From Camelus ferus (lineage: Eukaryota), in assembly GCF_009834535.1 (NCBI RefSeq), contig NC_045696.1:21826001-21890000 (forward strand): 64,000 nucleotides of DNA, written 5' to 3'. Position 1 is the first letter of the stretch, and each line of letters opens with the position of its first letter. Both the position numbers and the translations under genes were made by a program. The notes beneath the pieces were generated by a model. That model was not told the origin of the DNA. It ran no database searches and worked only from the letters and a program-made list of their open reading frames with translations. Below are positions 25,088 to 40,240 of the stretch, piece by piece.

Positions 25088-28000
25088 AGTTCTGGTCCAA
25101 GATGGCAGGAAGACCCTGAACTCACCTCCTCCCAGACATGTTGAATCTAAACCTACACACAGAGCACTTCTTCCTGAAAAAAACTGAAGGCTGATTGAAC
25201 AGCTTCTGCACAACAAGTGACAGAAGGACCAGATAGAGATGGGTAAGAGAGGTGGAGACATGGTACTGACAAAAACCCCACCCCTGACTCATCAAACTGC
25301 ATTAGGGAGGGATATTACGGAGTAGTTCCCATACAGACTTACCTGCCCTGGGGCTCAGCAAAAAACAAACAAAATCAGCCAAAAAAAGAAAAAATCTCCA
25401 GCAGTTTACAGAGCATCTAGACTGTATGTGAAGAAAATCCATGTATTAACACTAGGGCATCTATCAAACAGGCAGGAAACTGCTGGAACTCAGTTGGAGG
25501 CACCAGAAAGCACTATTTTTTGTGCTCCCCCTCCACCTTGATAGCGCAAGTGGAAACATGGTCCAGGCACTCTAGCTGGCCTCCAAAGGCCCCCCAGCAC
25601 ACCCCAGGTCCCTGGCGCACGTTACCTACAGCTGTCTTCCAAGGCAACCTTGGCATGGCCCACACCAGGATATCCCCAGGCCACACCCACTCCAGCTCCA
25701 GCCATCCCACCAGGATGGCCCTGGTGTGGTACACCCTGGGACCCCTGGGCTGCATCTGCTCCAGGTTCAGCTGTCAGCATACAGTTTAACACAGGGGACA
25801 CTCATACACAAGGCCATACTTTCAAGACCAGGAGAGGCAGATGTTTTGCCTAATTCATAGAAACAAACAGAAACCAAAACAAAATGAGGAGATCGAAGAG
25901 TATGTTTCCCCCAAAAAAGAACAAAATAAAGTCCCAGGGGGGAAAAAAAAACCCTAATGAAATGGAGATAAGTAAATAACCTGATAAAGCATTCAAAGTA
26001 ATAGTCATCAAGATGCTAACTGAATTCAGAAGAAGAAAGGAAGAATACAATGGGAACTTTGACAAAGAGTTAGAAAATAAGAAACAATCAGAGCTGAAGA
26101 ATAACTAAAATGAAAAGTACATTAAAGGAATCAACAGTAGATTAGATGACAAAGAATAGATGAGCAATCTAAAAGATGTAATGAAGGAAATTACCCAATC
26201 AAAAAAGGGAAAAATAATTTTTAAAAATGAGGCTAGTTTAACGCATTTCTGGGGCAACATCAGGTGTACTAATAGTCATATTATGTCACATTATAGAAGT
26301 TCCAGAAGGTAAAAGGGGCAAGAAACTTATTTGAAGTAATGGCTGAAAACTCTAACCTGGAGAAGGAAACAGATATCTGTGTCCAAAAAAACAAAGTTTC
26401 AAACAAAAATGAATCCAAAGCTACACACGAAGACCTTACAAATAAGATGGCAAAAGTTAGAGAATTTTAAAGGCAGCAAAAGAAAAACATCTAGTCACAT
26501 GAAAAGGAAACCCCATAAGCCTGTCAACTGATTTTTCAGCAAAAACTTTGAAGGCCAGAAGGGTAGCATATTTAAAGTGAATATATGCCAAAAAAAAAAA
26601 ATACAATCAATAATACCGTACCCAGCACAGTTATCATTCAGAATTGAAGGTGAGATAAAGATTCCCCGAGATAAGCAAAAACTAAGACACTTCATTAACA
26701 CTCAACCAGAATTACAGGAAACTTTAAAGGGTCTTCTTTAAGCAAAAAACAAAAAGGCTATAACTATAAATAAGAAAATACATGAAAAAAACAATTCTCA
26801 CTGGTAAAGGCAAATATGTAGGAAAGGCAGGGGATCAGCCACTTAAAAAGCCAGTTTTTAAGTTGAAATACAAAAGTAGTAAAATCAACTATAACATAGT
26901 AAGTAGTTAAGGAGTTAATAAGCAATACAAAAAATTACAAGGTGTAAAATAGACTATCAAAAACAAAACATGTTGGGGGAGTTAAATGCAGTGATTTTAC
27001 AATGCGTTTATACTTAAGCAACTACCAGCTTAAAATAAACTGTCTACCTCATGATAACCACAAAAAAACCTACCATCATTACACAAAAAATAAAGTAAAA
27101 AGTATCCAAACACTAAAAATAAGGTATCAAACCACAAAGGAGGAAGATTCAGGGAAAAAGAAATGAAGAGAGAAGAAAGACAAAAACAACCTCGAAACAA
27201 TTAACAAAATGGCAATAAGTATATACCTATCAGTAATCACTTTTACTGTCAATGGACTAAATACTCCAATCAAAAAAACAGAGTGAATGAATTTTTTAAA
27301 AAATCAAGACCTATCTATATGCTTCCTAGAAGAGACTCACTTCAGATATAAACAGACAGACTAAAATTAAAGGGATGAAAAAAAGATATTCCATGCAAAT
27401 GGAAACAAAAAGCTGGGATAGCAATATTCACACCATACAAAATAGACTTTGTAACAAAAGACAAAGTAGGACATTACACAATTAAAGGGGTCACTCCAGA
27501 AAGAGGATATAACATTTGTGAATATTTATGTACCCAACATAGGATCACCTAATACGTTAAAAAAAATTAACAGATATAAGGGGAGAAATTCAGGGTAATA
27601 CAATAGAGGACTTCAATACCCCAATCACATTAATGTACACAGCATCCAGACAAAAACAATAAGGAAACACTGGCCTTGCATGATACATTTGACCAGACAG
27701 ACTTAATACATTTAATACTTAATAGAACATTTCATCCCAAGACTGCAGAATACACATTCTTTTCAAGTGCACATAGAACATTTCCCAGGATAGATCACAT
27801 GCTAAGCCATAAAATAAATCAATAAATTTAAGAAAACTGAAGTTATATCAAGCATCTTGTCTGACCACAAAAGGTATTTAACTAGAAATCAATTAGAAGA
27901 AGAAAATTGGAAAAAGCTCAAAGACTAAACAACATATTACTAAACAACCAATGTGTGCCAAAGAACTCTAAGAGGAAAACAAAAAAATGTGACAAATAAA

Positions 28001-31000
28001 AATGAAAATAACTTTCCAAAATCTATGGGACACAGCAAAAGCAGTTCTAGGAGAGAGGTTCATAGCATTGCAGGCGTACCTCAAAAAATAAGAAAAAAAA
28101 AAAAAACTCAAATAATCTAACATTACATCTAAAGGAACTAAAAGAAAAAAAAAAGCCCAAAGTTAGAAGAAAGAAGGGAATAATAAAGATCTGACAAGAA
28201 AGAAATAAAATAGAGCCAAAGAAAAGATCCATGAAACTAAGAACTGATACTTTGAAAAGATAAAATTGATAAATCTTTGGCAAGACTCAAATGAGAGAAG
28301 TTACAATGGATACCACATAATAGAATCATAAGAGATTACTAAGTCATAAGAGATTACTACAAACAATTATATGCCAACTAATTGGATAACCTAGAAGAAA
28401 TGGATAAATTCCCTAGAAACAGATTTCCCAAGACTGAATCAGGAAGAGAAAATCTGACAGACCAATTACTAGTGATTAAACTGAAGCAGTAATCAAAAAA
28501 CTCCCAACAAACAGACGTCCAGGATCAATGGCTTCACAGGGGAATTCTGGCAAATATTTATAAGAAAAGCTAATATATCTATTCTCAAATTACCCCCAAA
28601 AAAGTGAAGAAGCAACCCCAAACTCATTCTGAGATCAGCATTATCTTAATACCAAAATCACATAGACACCACAAAAAAAAAAAATTGCAGGCCAATATTC
28701 CTGATGAACATAAATGTAAAAATCCTCAACAAAATATTAGCAAACCAAATTAAACAAGACATTACTAGGGTCATATACCATGATTAAATGGGATAATTTC
28801 AGGGATGTAAGGATGGTTCAACATCCACAAATTAGTCAGTCTGATACACCACGTTAACAAAATAAAGGATAAAAATCACATAATCATCTCAATAGATTCA
28901 GAAAACGTATTTAACAAATTTCAACATCCATTTATGTTAAAACCTCTTAAAGTGAGTATGGAGTACTTCAACATAAAAGCCATATATGACAAGCCCACAA
29001 CTAGCATCATACTCAATAGTGAAAAGCTGAAAGCTTTTCCTCTAAAATCAGGAACAAGACAAGAATGCTCCTTCCCAACACTTTAATTTAATATAGTATT
29101 AAAAGTCCTAGCCACAGCAATCAGACAGAAAAAGAGATAAAAGGCATCCAAATTGAAAAGGAAAAATTAAAACTATCACTGTTGCAGGTGACACGATATT
29201 ATATATAGAAAACCACCAGAAAAACTATTAGAACTAATAAATTGAACCACTAAAGTTGCAGGATACAATATACAGAAATCTGCTTCATTTCTACACACTA
29301 ATAATGACGTATTAGAAAGAAATTAAACAAATCACATTTACCATTGCACCAAAAAATAAAATACCTAGGAATGGATTTATCCAAGGAGGTGAAAGACCTG
29401 TGCTCTGAAAACTAACACAGTGAAGAAAGAAAATGATAATAACCCAAATAAATGGAAGGATAAACCACGCTCATGGACTGTTAAAATGTCCATACTACCA
29501 AGGAAATCTACTGATTAAGTGCAAGTGCCTATCAAAATACCCATGACATTTTTCACAAAACTGGAACAAACAATCCTAAAATTTGTATGCATCTACAAAA
29601 GACCCCAAATAGCCAAAGCAATCTTGAGGAAGAATAAAGCTGGAGGTAATACATTCCCTGATTTCCAACTATATCACAAAGCTATAGTAATAGAAACCGC
29701 ACACTACTGGTACAAAAATGGACATGTAGATAAATAAAACTGAGTAAAGAACCCAGAAATAAGCCTGTGTTTATATTGTCAATTAATCTCTGACAAAAGG
29801 GGCAAAAATATACAGTGGGGAAAAGACAGTCTCTTCAATAAACAATGTTGGGAAAATTGGACAGCTACACAAAAAAAAATTAAAACTAGATTTCTTACAC
29901 CATATACAAAAATAAACTCAAAATGCATTGAAGGCTTAATTACAAGACTTGAAAACACAGAACTCCTAGAAGAAAACAATAAGCTCTTTGACAACAGTAT
30001 TAGAGTTTATATTTTATATACATCTAATTTTTTTTTGAAACTGCCTCCTCAGGCAAGGGCAATAAAAGCATAAACGAATAAATGGGACTACATCAAAGTA
30101 AAAATTTTTGCACAGCAAAGGAAGCCATCAACAATACAAAAAGGCAACCTAATGAATGGGAGAAGATACTTGCAAGTGATATGTCTGATAAGTGGTTAAT
30201 ATCCAAAACATATAAAGAACTCATACAACTCTATCAAAAAACCAAACAATCCGATTTAAAAATGGGCTGAGGACCTGTATAGACATATTTTCAAAGAAAA
30301 CATACACATGGTCAGCAAACACATGAAAAAGTGCTCAACATCACTAATTCATCAGGGAAATGCAAATAAAAATCACAGTATCACCTCCCACTTGTCCAAA
30401 TGGCTATTACCAAAAAATTAAGAAATAAGTGTTGATGATATGGAGAAAAGGGAACTTTCATGCACTGTTAGTAGGAATGTAAATTGGTGCAACCACTATG
30501 GAAATAGTAGGGAGGTTCTTCAAAAAAATTAAAAACAGAACTACTATATGATTCAGCAATTCCACTTCTGGGTATTTTTCCAAAGAAAATAAAAACACTA
30601 AATCTAAAAGGTATTTGTACACTATGTCCATTGCATAATTTATTTACAATAGCCAGGGTATAGAAGTAACCTATGTACCCATTGTTAAATGAATGGATAA
30701 AGATGTGGTATACGTATACAGTGGAATATTCCTCAGCCATAAATAAGAATGAAACCTTGTCATCTGCAACAACATAGATGGACCTAATGGGTATTATGAA
30801 GTCAGTCAGAGAAAGACAATTACCATATGAAATACCAACTCACAGTTTATGTGGAATCTCAAAAACAAATGAACAAACAAAAGACTCATATATACAGAGA
30901 ACAAACTAGTGGTTTCCAGAGGGATGGAATGGGCAAAATACAGGTGAAGGGGATTAAGAGGTACAAACTTCCAGTTATAAAAGTCATAGGGATGTAATGT

Positions 31001-31165
31001 ACAGCGTAGGAAAGATAGTCAACAATATTGTAATAACTTTGTATGGCAATTGATGGTAACTAGACTTACTGCGGTGATCATTTTGTAATCTATAAAATAC
31101 TAAATCACTACATTGTACCCTGAAACTAATAATATTATAAGTCAATTATACTTCACTTTAAAAAG
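25088..31165 (+). mobile_element. Near full-length but decayed older L1 (L1MA9/L1_Art-like)
   Basis: 5'UTR start (ccaagatggc..gaagaccctgaactcacctcctcc) and GC-richer UTR; ORF1 remnants ~25885-26760; ORF2 remnants ~27210-30740 (ORFs 29519..29737 and 30082..30270); L1 3'UTR to ~31160. Confidence 0.9.
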
Positions 31166-31859
31166 TACATCATCCAGATTTCCAAGTTAGCAAATATTTA
31201 TGTAGAAGAAATTTTCAATCACTATAATTAGTTACATCTGTAGAAAACTCTTCCAGTTGCTTTTTAACTCAAAACCCTTTTTCCCTTAAAATCAAACTGC
31301 TGAGTTTTTGAGGTTTCCTTTTGGGGTATTTTTGGCAAAAAAAAAAGAGAAAAGTATGCAAAACTATACAGATTGCATTACTACAAAGTGTAAGTGAATT
31401 TCAAATGTGACTAATTCACATACTTAAATATCATTTGAGTCCAAAGTGGAAACAATAACTTTGGAAAAGTAAAGCTTTAATATTATGCTCCTAAAGAAGA
31501 TTTTGGGTTTTTTTCAGGTATGGGAAATGTGTTTTTCTGTGTAAAAGAGAAACAGGCTTTCAAAAAGCTAGACTTTGATGTTACAAAAGAAAATTTATGT
31601 TCAGATGACCACAACACCCAAATAAGTTGTTTTTTAAAGCCTAATGTTGAATACAGTGTTCCTGGCCTACATCTATAGCCACATCCCCCAGTTAACATAA
31701 TACATAAACCATCAAAGACACACCCTTCCTAAAGGATTTTTCCTTGTTACATTAGTGCTTATAGAATTATGATGTCTTATGTGTACAAATACTATTCCAA
31801 ACAGCAAATGCAGGGAAGAGGGAGAAAAGCATTGTCCTTCTTTTTGTGGCTCTAAGAAG

Positions 31860-32360
31860 CTTGAATCTTAAGTGCTTTTTTTATTGCAGGTAATAGAAAT
31901 TCAATCCAGCTTAGGGGAAAAAATAGAGAGGAAATAAAGCCAGAAATGTCTCTTGGACAGCAAAGGCAGGTATCAGAGTTGGCTTCAAGAAAACTAGAAT
32001 CTCCATCTCTCTCCCTCCCTCTCCTTCCCTCTTTCCAGATCTTTTACTTTATATCTTTATTTTTCTGCACTGAGACAACACAGTAGGTAATGATTGTGCC
32101 ACAATCCTAATTGGTAAAATTTATCCCAAATTACAGTTGGAATCACTTGGATCCAGTTTTAAATTCCTGAGAAAGGGGCATGATTTGACACAGATTGGGT
32201 CAACCCCTGGTCCAATCTCCTATCATCACAAGATAATAGGCTAATAGAAACAGATATAATAGAAACATATATTTTAGGAAGCACCTCCAAAAACCGTATG
32301 GACAAATATGGGGAAAGGTGGAATGCATTCTCAGAGAAAGAGATCCCCCAAATGTATATA
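31860..32360 (-). mobile_element. Old MLT1 (ERVL-MaLR) LTR
   Basis: ttattgcaggtaatagaaattcaatccagcttag...gattgggtcaacccctggtccaatc resembles MLT1J/K/L in antisense. Confidence 0.55.
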
Positions 32361-32989
32361 TTCAAAATACCTTTAAAACGTATTTAAAAACCAATATGAG
32401 AAGTTGTCTTCTTTTTAAAAATTCTTTGTAGAATGGCTTTTGTGTTTAATAAGTATGACAATTTCATTTTTTGTGAACTTAGATCATGTCTGATAAAAGG
32501 TTTTTAGCCCTCAGAACTGTAGTAGCAGGAAGCTACCCCTTTTCTTACCTCCATATACCTTGACTAAGACTAACTCTTAGGGTACAAATGTGACAGAATG
32601 GGTAGTAGACAAGGCAACACCCAGAATACTTCGACTAGACTAGGTCCAAAGAATAAAATGACAATAAGGTGACCAGGGAATTTCCTTTGTGTTAAAAAAA
32701 AAAAAAATAGTGGATAATGCAGCCCGAGGAATGACTAATGTACTTGCTTACTCTGGAATCACTTTATATAAAATTGATTAAAAGGTTGTGAATTTCCATC
32801 TTCTGCTTAGATACAAGAGCTATTTAACAGCATTTTTTAGGTCTTTCCGAGTGTATTTCTCATTAGGTGCTATTAAGATGTGGAACACGAAAATCATGAA
32901 AAACAAGGTATACTTGAGACAGAAAATTCAGGACTAATAGTTTCCTAATGATACTCAACCACTCAGTGTCCCTTGAGGACTTGTATGGC

Positions 32990-33180
32990 TGTAGAGAAAG
33001 GATGGGCGTTGGAGCCAGTTAGACCTGGGCTTGAATCCTGACATCGGCCCTCATCTTATCCTTTGAGACAGCCATGGGTAATATCCTTCAATTACTTGAA
33101 TGGCAGGTTCTTTATTCATTATGAATTCAAAAGCAGTGTTCAAGATGGTATTCATATTAAAGTTTTGAGAACTGTATTTG
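32990..33180 (+). mobile_element. MIR
   Basis: ttggagccagttagacctgggcttgaatcctgac. Confidence 0.65.
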
Positions 33181-33184
33181 CTAA

Positions 33185-33780
33185 GAGGAATGTAAAATGG
33201 TGCAGCCACTTTGGAAAACAGTCTGGCACTTTATCAAAAGATTAAATGTAGCACTAACATATGATCCAGCAATTCTACTCCTAGGATATATATATCCAAG
33301 AGAACTGAAAAATACGTCAACAAAAAATGTATGCCTCAGTGTTCACAGCAGCATTATTAATAGCCAAAAGTGGAAAATCTATATATCCATCAGCTGATGA
33401 ATGGATAAACAAATGTGATATTCACACAATGGAATATTACTCAGCAATAAAAAGGAATAAGGTATTGGTACATGGATGAGCCTTAAAGACATTACCCTAA
33501 GTGAAAGAAGCCAGTCACAAAAGACCATATGTTGTATAATTCTATTTATGTGAAATATTCAGAGTAGGCAAATCTATAGACAGAATGTAGATTAGCATTT
33601 GTCTCGGGCTCGGGGAGAATGGGAAGCAACAATAGGTACAAGGTTTCTTTCTGAAGTAATGAAATGTCCTAAAATTACACTGTGGTGATGATTGCATAAT
33701 TCTGACTATACTTAAAACATTCAATGGCATAAATGGGTAAGTTTTATAGCATACAAATTGTATTTCAGTAAAATTATTTT
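33185..33780 (+). mobile_element. Old L1 3' end (L1MB/MC-like)
   Basis: ORF 33197..33397 ([18 protein letters not shown]); ctaagtgaaagaagccagtcacaaaagaccatatgttgtat. Confidence 0.85.
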
Positions 33781-33999
33781 AACAGTGATAATGAAATACA
33801 GTATCAATTTATAATTCATTTGTGCCAGGATAAATTACATACAAACTTTCCTTCATATTTCTAGTCATATCAATTCACCCTATCTTAGAATAAATAGGAA
33901 TAGGAATAAAATAAATGATGGATACTCAAAGTATTTAAATGCCATAAATAATATTAGTAAACTAATTAGTAATATTAATAAGAATAGCTGTGAATTATA

Positions 34000-34215
34000 A
34001 CTTATTCACTATGCACTAAGCACTAGACTAAGCATTTGTATTTACTAAGTATTCTTAATAATCATGAGAGGTAAGTATTCTTAATCCATTTTATATATGA
34101 GAAAGTTAAGGCTCAGAAAGTATTGATTAATTGCCCCAATTTATAAGTCTAGTAAATAATAGTAGATAAACCCAATTCTAGCCGATTCCATTGGCCAAAC
34201 TCTTAAACAATATAC
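34000..34215 (-). mobile_element. MIR
   Basis: ccattttatatatgagaaagttaaggctcagaaag. Confidence 0.6.
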
Positions 34216-35105
34216 AGCCTCCCCTTCAGTGACCTGATGGATATATGTAACTGGTTTTAGAATATCTCATTTAATCATATGTTAATAATTTTCCCCCCAA
34301 ACTTAGGTGAATTCAATATATAAACTACACTGAACAATACTGTTTCTTTCTGTAGATTTTCCGGAACTCCTGGATACCTTGAGAGAATATTCAACTCCCT
34401 TCTGAGTTAGATATTGTAATGCTGTGCGTACTCTTAACTACTGATTGATTTGTACAAACCAGTCCCGTCACAGGCTCAAGAGTACCCCTTCAGAATGATA
34501 ATAGTGAAGTCTAACTGTGAATCCCTAACAGAACTTTCTCCAGCACCCACTGGGTAACCACTGGGATCCTGAGTGATGCAGGATGCGTCAGCAACATTGG
34601 CAGGAGTCCTTCCAGGATAATACTGTGTAGGCAAATTAATAATTACATATCAATGCACTGTCAGAAGAGCACATGATGTTACTTCTATCTTGCAGTGTGG
34701 ATTTTTTAACAGGAAAGACACGGTCTCACAAAGTACATCTTTGTCTTAAAACGTTACCAATAATAGAAGTTAGTATTCACCAAAATACTAACTATAACTT
34801 ATGTATTCGTTTTTTTTATATGTATCGTCTCTTAACCCCTAAGATAATACTACAAACTAGCTACTATCATTGTTTCCTTTTGACAGATATAGAATATGGG
34901 GCAGAGGGAAATAGCAGATCCAGGATATCAGGCAGTATAGCTTATAGCTTATACCTCTTAATCATTACTCTACAGTGACTTCAAATGCTTAAATTCAATT
35001 TCAGTTAATAAAATCTTTAAACGGTCTCACCATAAAAATCCACATACAAGAAGGCTCTATAATGTCTAAGAAACCAATTAAAATTTCAGTGTTGAGATTT
35101 TAATT

Positions 35106-35175
35106 TGTGTGTGTGTGTGTGTGTGTTTGTTTTGTTTTGGGGGGTTTTTTGCTTTTTTTGTTGTTTTTTTTTTTT
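35106..35175. repeat. (GT)n microsatellite followed by T-rich low-complexity sequence
   Basis: About ten TG units, then GTTTT and T runs. Confidence 0.9.
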
Positions 35176-37629
35176 CTACAGAGTCAGTGGGGAAAAACTA
35201 AAACACCACAGTAAATGAACTGTGTACTGGTTTTTAAATAGTTAAGAATATCTATAATTATGTAAATAAATTATAAACAACATCAATTTTGTATTGGTAA
35301 AAACTCACACTAGTTTTTTTCTGAGCATCTTTGTTCTACTTTTGTTTTTTAAAACATGTTGTTCTACATTCAACAGATGATTAAAAAAAATTAAGGGTCA
35401 GTGTTAAATTAACAGGCCTTTATATTTTAAATTTCACTAGCTGAGTAGCTGGGGGCCCACTGAGACCTTTATCTTGTCATGTCAATGTTTGAATAAAAAC
35501 TTACCTTCTCATACTTTCAGATGGGGCATGCATTCTTCATGTATATCCCATCTCAGTCCTCAAATTTCTGGCATTGAGAAGCACGCCATATTAGTTCAAG
35601 ATGCATTTATTATGTTAATTCAGAACGAAACCTCAGTCATGCAGATCCCTCTTTAAACCAAGGAGGGGGAAGAAGGGATGACGCCATTCACAGAGACTAT
35701 TTTCAGACATTTTGGTTCATTTGCAAAATATGTAAGCATTTTCTGATATTGCTAGCTAGTGTAAAGAGTTTGCTTGTAGTAATCTCATAAGTCCTTCATG
35801 AAGTAGGAGGAAAGGAGAGTAAAAGGAAGAGAAGTGGTAGTAACATCACACCTAATTACTCCCTACATAGCAACAAAAACAGGAGAGTCAAGAAAAAGTG
35901 AAGACCTCTCCACTTATTAATTCCCCCAAAACTATTCTTAGGTGAAACTTGAGGGTAAAATTGTCCTGATTCTAGACTGGTAGGAATAAGGGGCAAAGCA
36001 AGTTTCTACCAGTCTGGAGTAGGCCACTGAGAAATTCTGCAGCAACAGCCATAAAACTGGCTTGGGTTGGTCCACACAAATCTGAAACCATAAACCAAGA
36101 GGCAAAACTGAATCTATTCAGAATGGTGAGTGTAAAGCAGAACTGACTTCAAGGTGATTTTCCGAAAACCAAAGTCACTAAGACAGGAATCAACGAACGG
36201 AGGCAAAATCCAAGAGTTAGGACTAGAGGCAGAAAATGGGCCAAAATGGGTCCAAGAGCCAGTAGAACAACCAGAGGGCAAAGCAGAAGCCTGGCTAAGA
36301 TTTTTGCCAAGCAACTGGGTGTTCCTGCATAAACTCAAAACAAATGGGGGTTTTCAACTCAAGACCCTGAGTTTATTGAGGTTTCAGTTGTTCAAAAGCA
36401 GTATCTAAGGATGGATCTATGTGTTTGGTGGTGATCAGCTATCTTTTTTAACAATATTCAACTCTTACTAACAGAAGGCAGGGTTTTGGAAGATTGGAAA
36501 GAAGTGAGACAAACTTCCAGAGGACATTATTGCCTCAAAACTGGTATAATTCCACAGTGAACTAATACAGTAGGTATCTTAAAGCTGAAATGAACAGTGA
36601 CAAAGATAATTAAGATGACCACAATACTCTCTAACATACCTTATGAAACTATAGTTATGAGTATGATAAGCTGGTGATCATAGGAAATTGAAGTTCATGA
36701 AATTTTTGAATATGAAAGGGGAAAAAAGATAAAAGATAAAGCAAGCTACTGCAAAGCATAAAGTAGTGCCTGGATTCACCATCACTACCTGCTCATGGCA
36801 TTAGAACAGAGATAATTTTAAGGGAAAAATCAAGAGAATAGATTGTCCAGTAGCCTTATGAAGATAATTTATACCCAGGATATAGTTATAAAACTTATAC
36901 CACAAAGTATAATTTGAAATTATAAAATTGTGGCTTTACAGTATACAATTAGCTAGAAGATCTCTAAACTAATTATTACCACCCATAAGCCTGGTGACTG
37001 AGACATCCCTAGCCAATTCCTCAAGGTTTCTATCTATTCTGTGAATTCAGGAGGGAATTAAAGTACTGAAAACATATCACCCCAGTGTTCTCGCTGAAAA
37101 GTAAGTATTTTCATCTGGACTCAGGTAAGTAGCTTTTTCAAAGATTAGCACATTTGCTTATAAAGTGACATTCTACACCAACTGAATAAACTCAATTAAC
37201 TTCCTGGAAGATTGTCATAAATAATTTACTGGTGATGTGGCATTCTAAACCAATTGAATAGTTAATTTTTAAACAATTTACTACTATTGTAAATTGGATA
37301 ACTGATGCAACATTAAATAAGCTTTAAAATCAACAAAATATTGGTAATTCGTTAAATCTAGAGAAACAACTTATTGACTATACTGGCTTCACTTTGTTTA
37401 TGAATGTTGTCATGTTTTCTGGCATTATAAGGCTTCCATGAGGTGTCTGAGCATTTCGGTTTTGAGTCAAAAAATAATTCTTTTGTGAAGTTGCTTAACA
37501 CTAAATTGCCATGGATTCCATTGAAATAAGATCAAAATACAATTTTGTAAATTTTGCATGTCAAGAATTATGCTGAAATACATACAGGAAAAAACAGAAG
37601 AAGCAATTGATAAATATCTGGATCATAGA

Positions 37630-37830
37630 AAGAGCTAGACTGTGAAGTTAAGGACTCAAATTTGTCTCAGCTCTTCAACATTTTTGCCGCTTCAGAATTT
37701 TAGACAATTTACATAATCTTTCTCAACCTTAGTTTATTCAAGTGAAAAATAGGTTTTATAACACCTGCCTTGCAGGGTTGCTAAGAAGATTTACAATAAT
37801 GTATATAAATCACTTAGCAAGACATTTAGC
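37630..37830 (+). mobile_element. MIR
   Basis: tctcaaccttagtttattcaagtgaaaaataggttttataacacctgccttgcagggttg. Confidence 0.65.
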
Positions 37831-38639
37831 TAACAAGGAAAGCTATAGAAACTTGCTCTTGCTAATATCTGTATAATTAGCATACTTTGGACTCTTGATA
37901 AATGAAAAGTACAACCCCACATCTGATTTAAGTTCTTTATCTTAATCTAATTTTAATGTAAGTTATTATTAACATCTAAGTTCTCTTATTCTCCATAGTA
38001 AATAGGTACTGAATCTTTTCCAGTTTTTAACTCTGTTTCTTCTGGGCTTGCCTAATAAAAGCTTTTCTTTAAACTACTTCAATATCCTTTTATCATATGT
38101 ATCTTGTAATATTAATATGCACATATTTTAACATCAATGCTTTTATATTTAGTTGTTATATTTTTCCCCATTAATTAGAAAATAAGTTTGGTACCAGGCT
38201 CCCAACACTGTGTTAGACTCAGTGGAGACAAAGGAAACAAGGTCTATACTTTGGGATTTTATAGTCTAGCTTGGCATACACATGCTAACATGATATGCTA
38301 TAGAGAGGGTCAGGATGCCAAGAGAATATATAAAAGTTATAGTTATAGCTCTTTTTTCTAATAATATTAACTATGTGACAGATGAAAATGAAATTATTTA
38401 AAAAAAAATTGTCCTAGTAACGAATTAGGAAGATGAAGCTGAAAATCACAATAGAGACCAAAAAAAATTAGTAAAATTCTGCAATCAATGGGAAATCAAT
38501 TCAAAGGAACAAAGAGGAAAAAACAATTGAGACTGTAACTCAATGTACACTTGTTTCTAAAACTAAATGGATGCCACCCTACGGCTCAGTCACAGATGTC
38601 AGCATGATAAGGATTAACTAGCTTCCTATCGGGAAATTA

Positions 38640-40240
38640 ACACCCTTCTATTAATAGTTCCCAGCACCTCTAATGGACGCATATCTTATTTGACTTAGTG
38701 GAACCCAACTTCTAACGTCATTCCCCAAACCTATTTCCCCTACTGCGTTTGTGAGTTATTATCTATTACACAGCTCAAGACCCTCTGGAAATAATTGATT
38801 TCTTCTAATCCATTATTCCCTCACTAATCATAACTAAGATATTTCTGTTTTCTTCCTGCAGTGAATGTTGCATCTATTTCCCTCTTTTTGCCTTCCCTGT
38901 GTTTCCTGTCTTGTGGGTCACACCCTCATCATATCTTGACCACCCTTCTAACCGTTGTCCCTGCCTCCAATCTCTCTCTTCCTTTCCCTCCATCCTGCCC
39001 AAGAGTAACTTTCCTGTATCACAGCTCTTATCATAACATTCCTCCATCTCAATAAACCCTTGCTGGCTCCCAATTGCCAACAGAATTTAATTTATTTAGC
39101 TTTGTTTTAAAAACATTTGTTTCAAGCACACTTTTCTGCAATCCTCATTGATCTTGGAAAGAATACTGATTTTCCTTGATCTCAATGACAAGAGATGGCA
39201 TGAGATAAAGACCTCAAAAACCTCAAACTTCATTTACTTTGAAGGAATTATATTTGCCAGTACAAAGTAATGGTCCATTCCATTATACCGATCTTAGAAA
39301 AGGGTTAAAGTTTGTGTACATATTTTTAAATCTTTTGTTGACAGAAACAATTCAGCTATAATATATAGACATACACAATGACCATGCAATTCCACTCTGC
39401 TGTTCTAACAGACTCTAGTATTGGGATTTGTGAGAATGATATAACTAACAGATCATACTGTGGTCTTAACATTACCCTTAATTATGGGCCTTGAGAAGCT
39501 GACCTCACACCCTCCAGGTTTTCTTTCTTACTATCTTCTTATATTCCTTTGCTGGCTCTTCATCTTCTAACTGATTTCTAAATACTTTTGTTCTTCCCAT
39601 TTCAATCCTTGATCCTCTTCCCTTTATATACTCTTTCTCGATGATCTCATTTATTTATCTGAGTTTAAATATAACCCACATACTGTTATTTCCCAATTTT
39701 TTCTATATGCTCAGACTCTTTTGAGCTCCAAACATATGTATTCAACCACCTACTAGACATCTCTGTATGGATGTCTAAAAACTTTTAACAAAATTAAAAT
39801 ATCCAAAACTGAACCTTCGGTGTTCATCTCCACCACCAGAAAGCATGTTCCCCTACTACCACTCTGATATCTTCTTCAGCTTTAACAAGCCAAGATCTTC
39901 CATGCCTTAATCATCTTGCACATGTCTAGAGTGCTCTGCCAGCTATTCTCTGGTTCTTAAAATTCAAGGTTAGTTTTAACGTCACCCTCTCAAACAGGTC
40001 TTCCCTGATTACTCAATATAATGAAGTAGCTTCTTCTCCGATCTCGGTACTCTGGTACACAGAATTTGTTACAACTTTTAAATATTTATCAGTTTCTTTT
40101 TGTCTGTCTCCTTTATCTGATTATAAATTGTGTGAGGGCAAGGACCATTTCTTTCCTCTTCAATAATCTAGCTCCAGTGTCTTGCACAGTACCCAGTATA
40201 CACGCAGTATCTCTAAAAACATTTGCTAAATGAATAAATA
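38640..40240 (+). mobile_element. L2 fragments (about 38640-39140 and 39490-40240)
   Basis: tattcaaccacctactagacatctc; tgtgagggcaaggacc...tgctaaatgaataaat is a canonical L2 3' end. Confidence 0.7.

Noticed and set aside
25513..25853. Cluster of ORFs in a GC-richer patch
   Set aside because: L1 5'UTR sequence; stop-poor because of base composition
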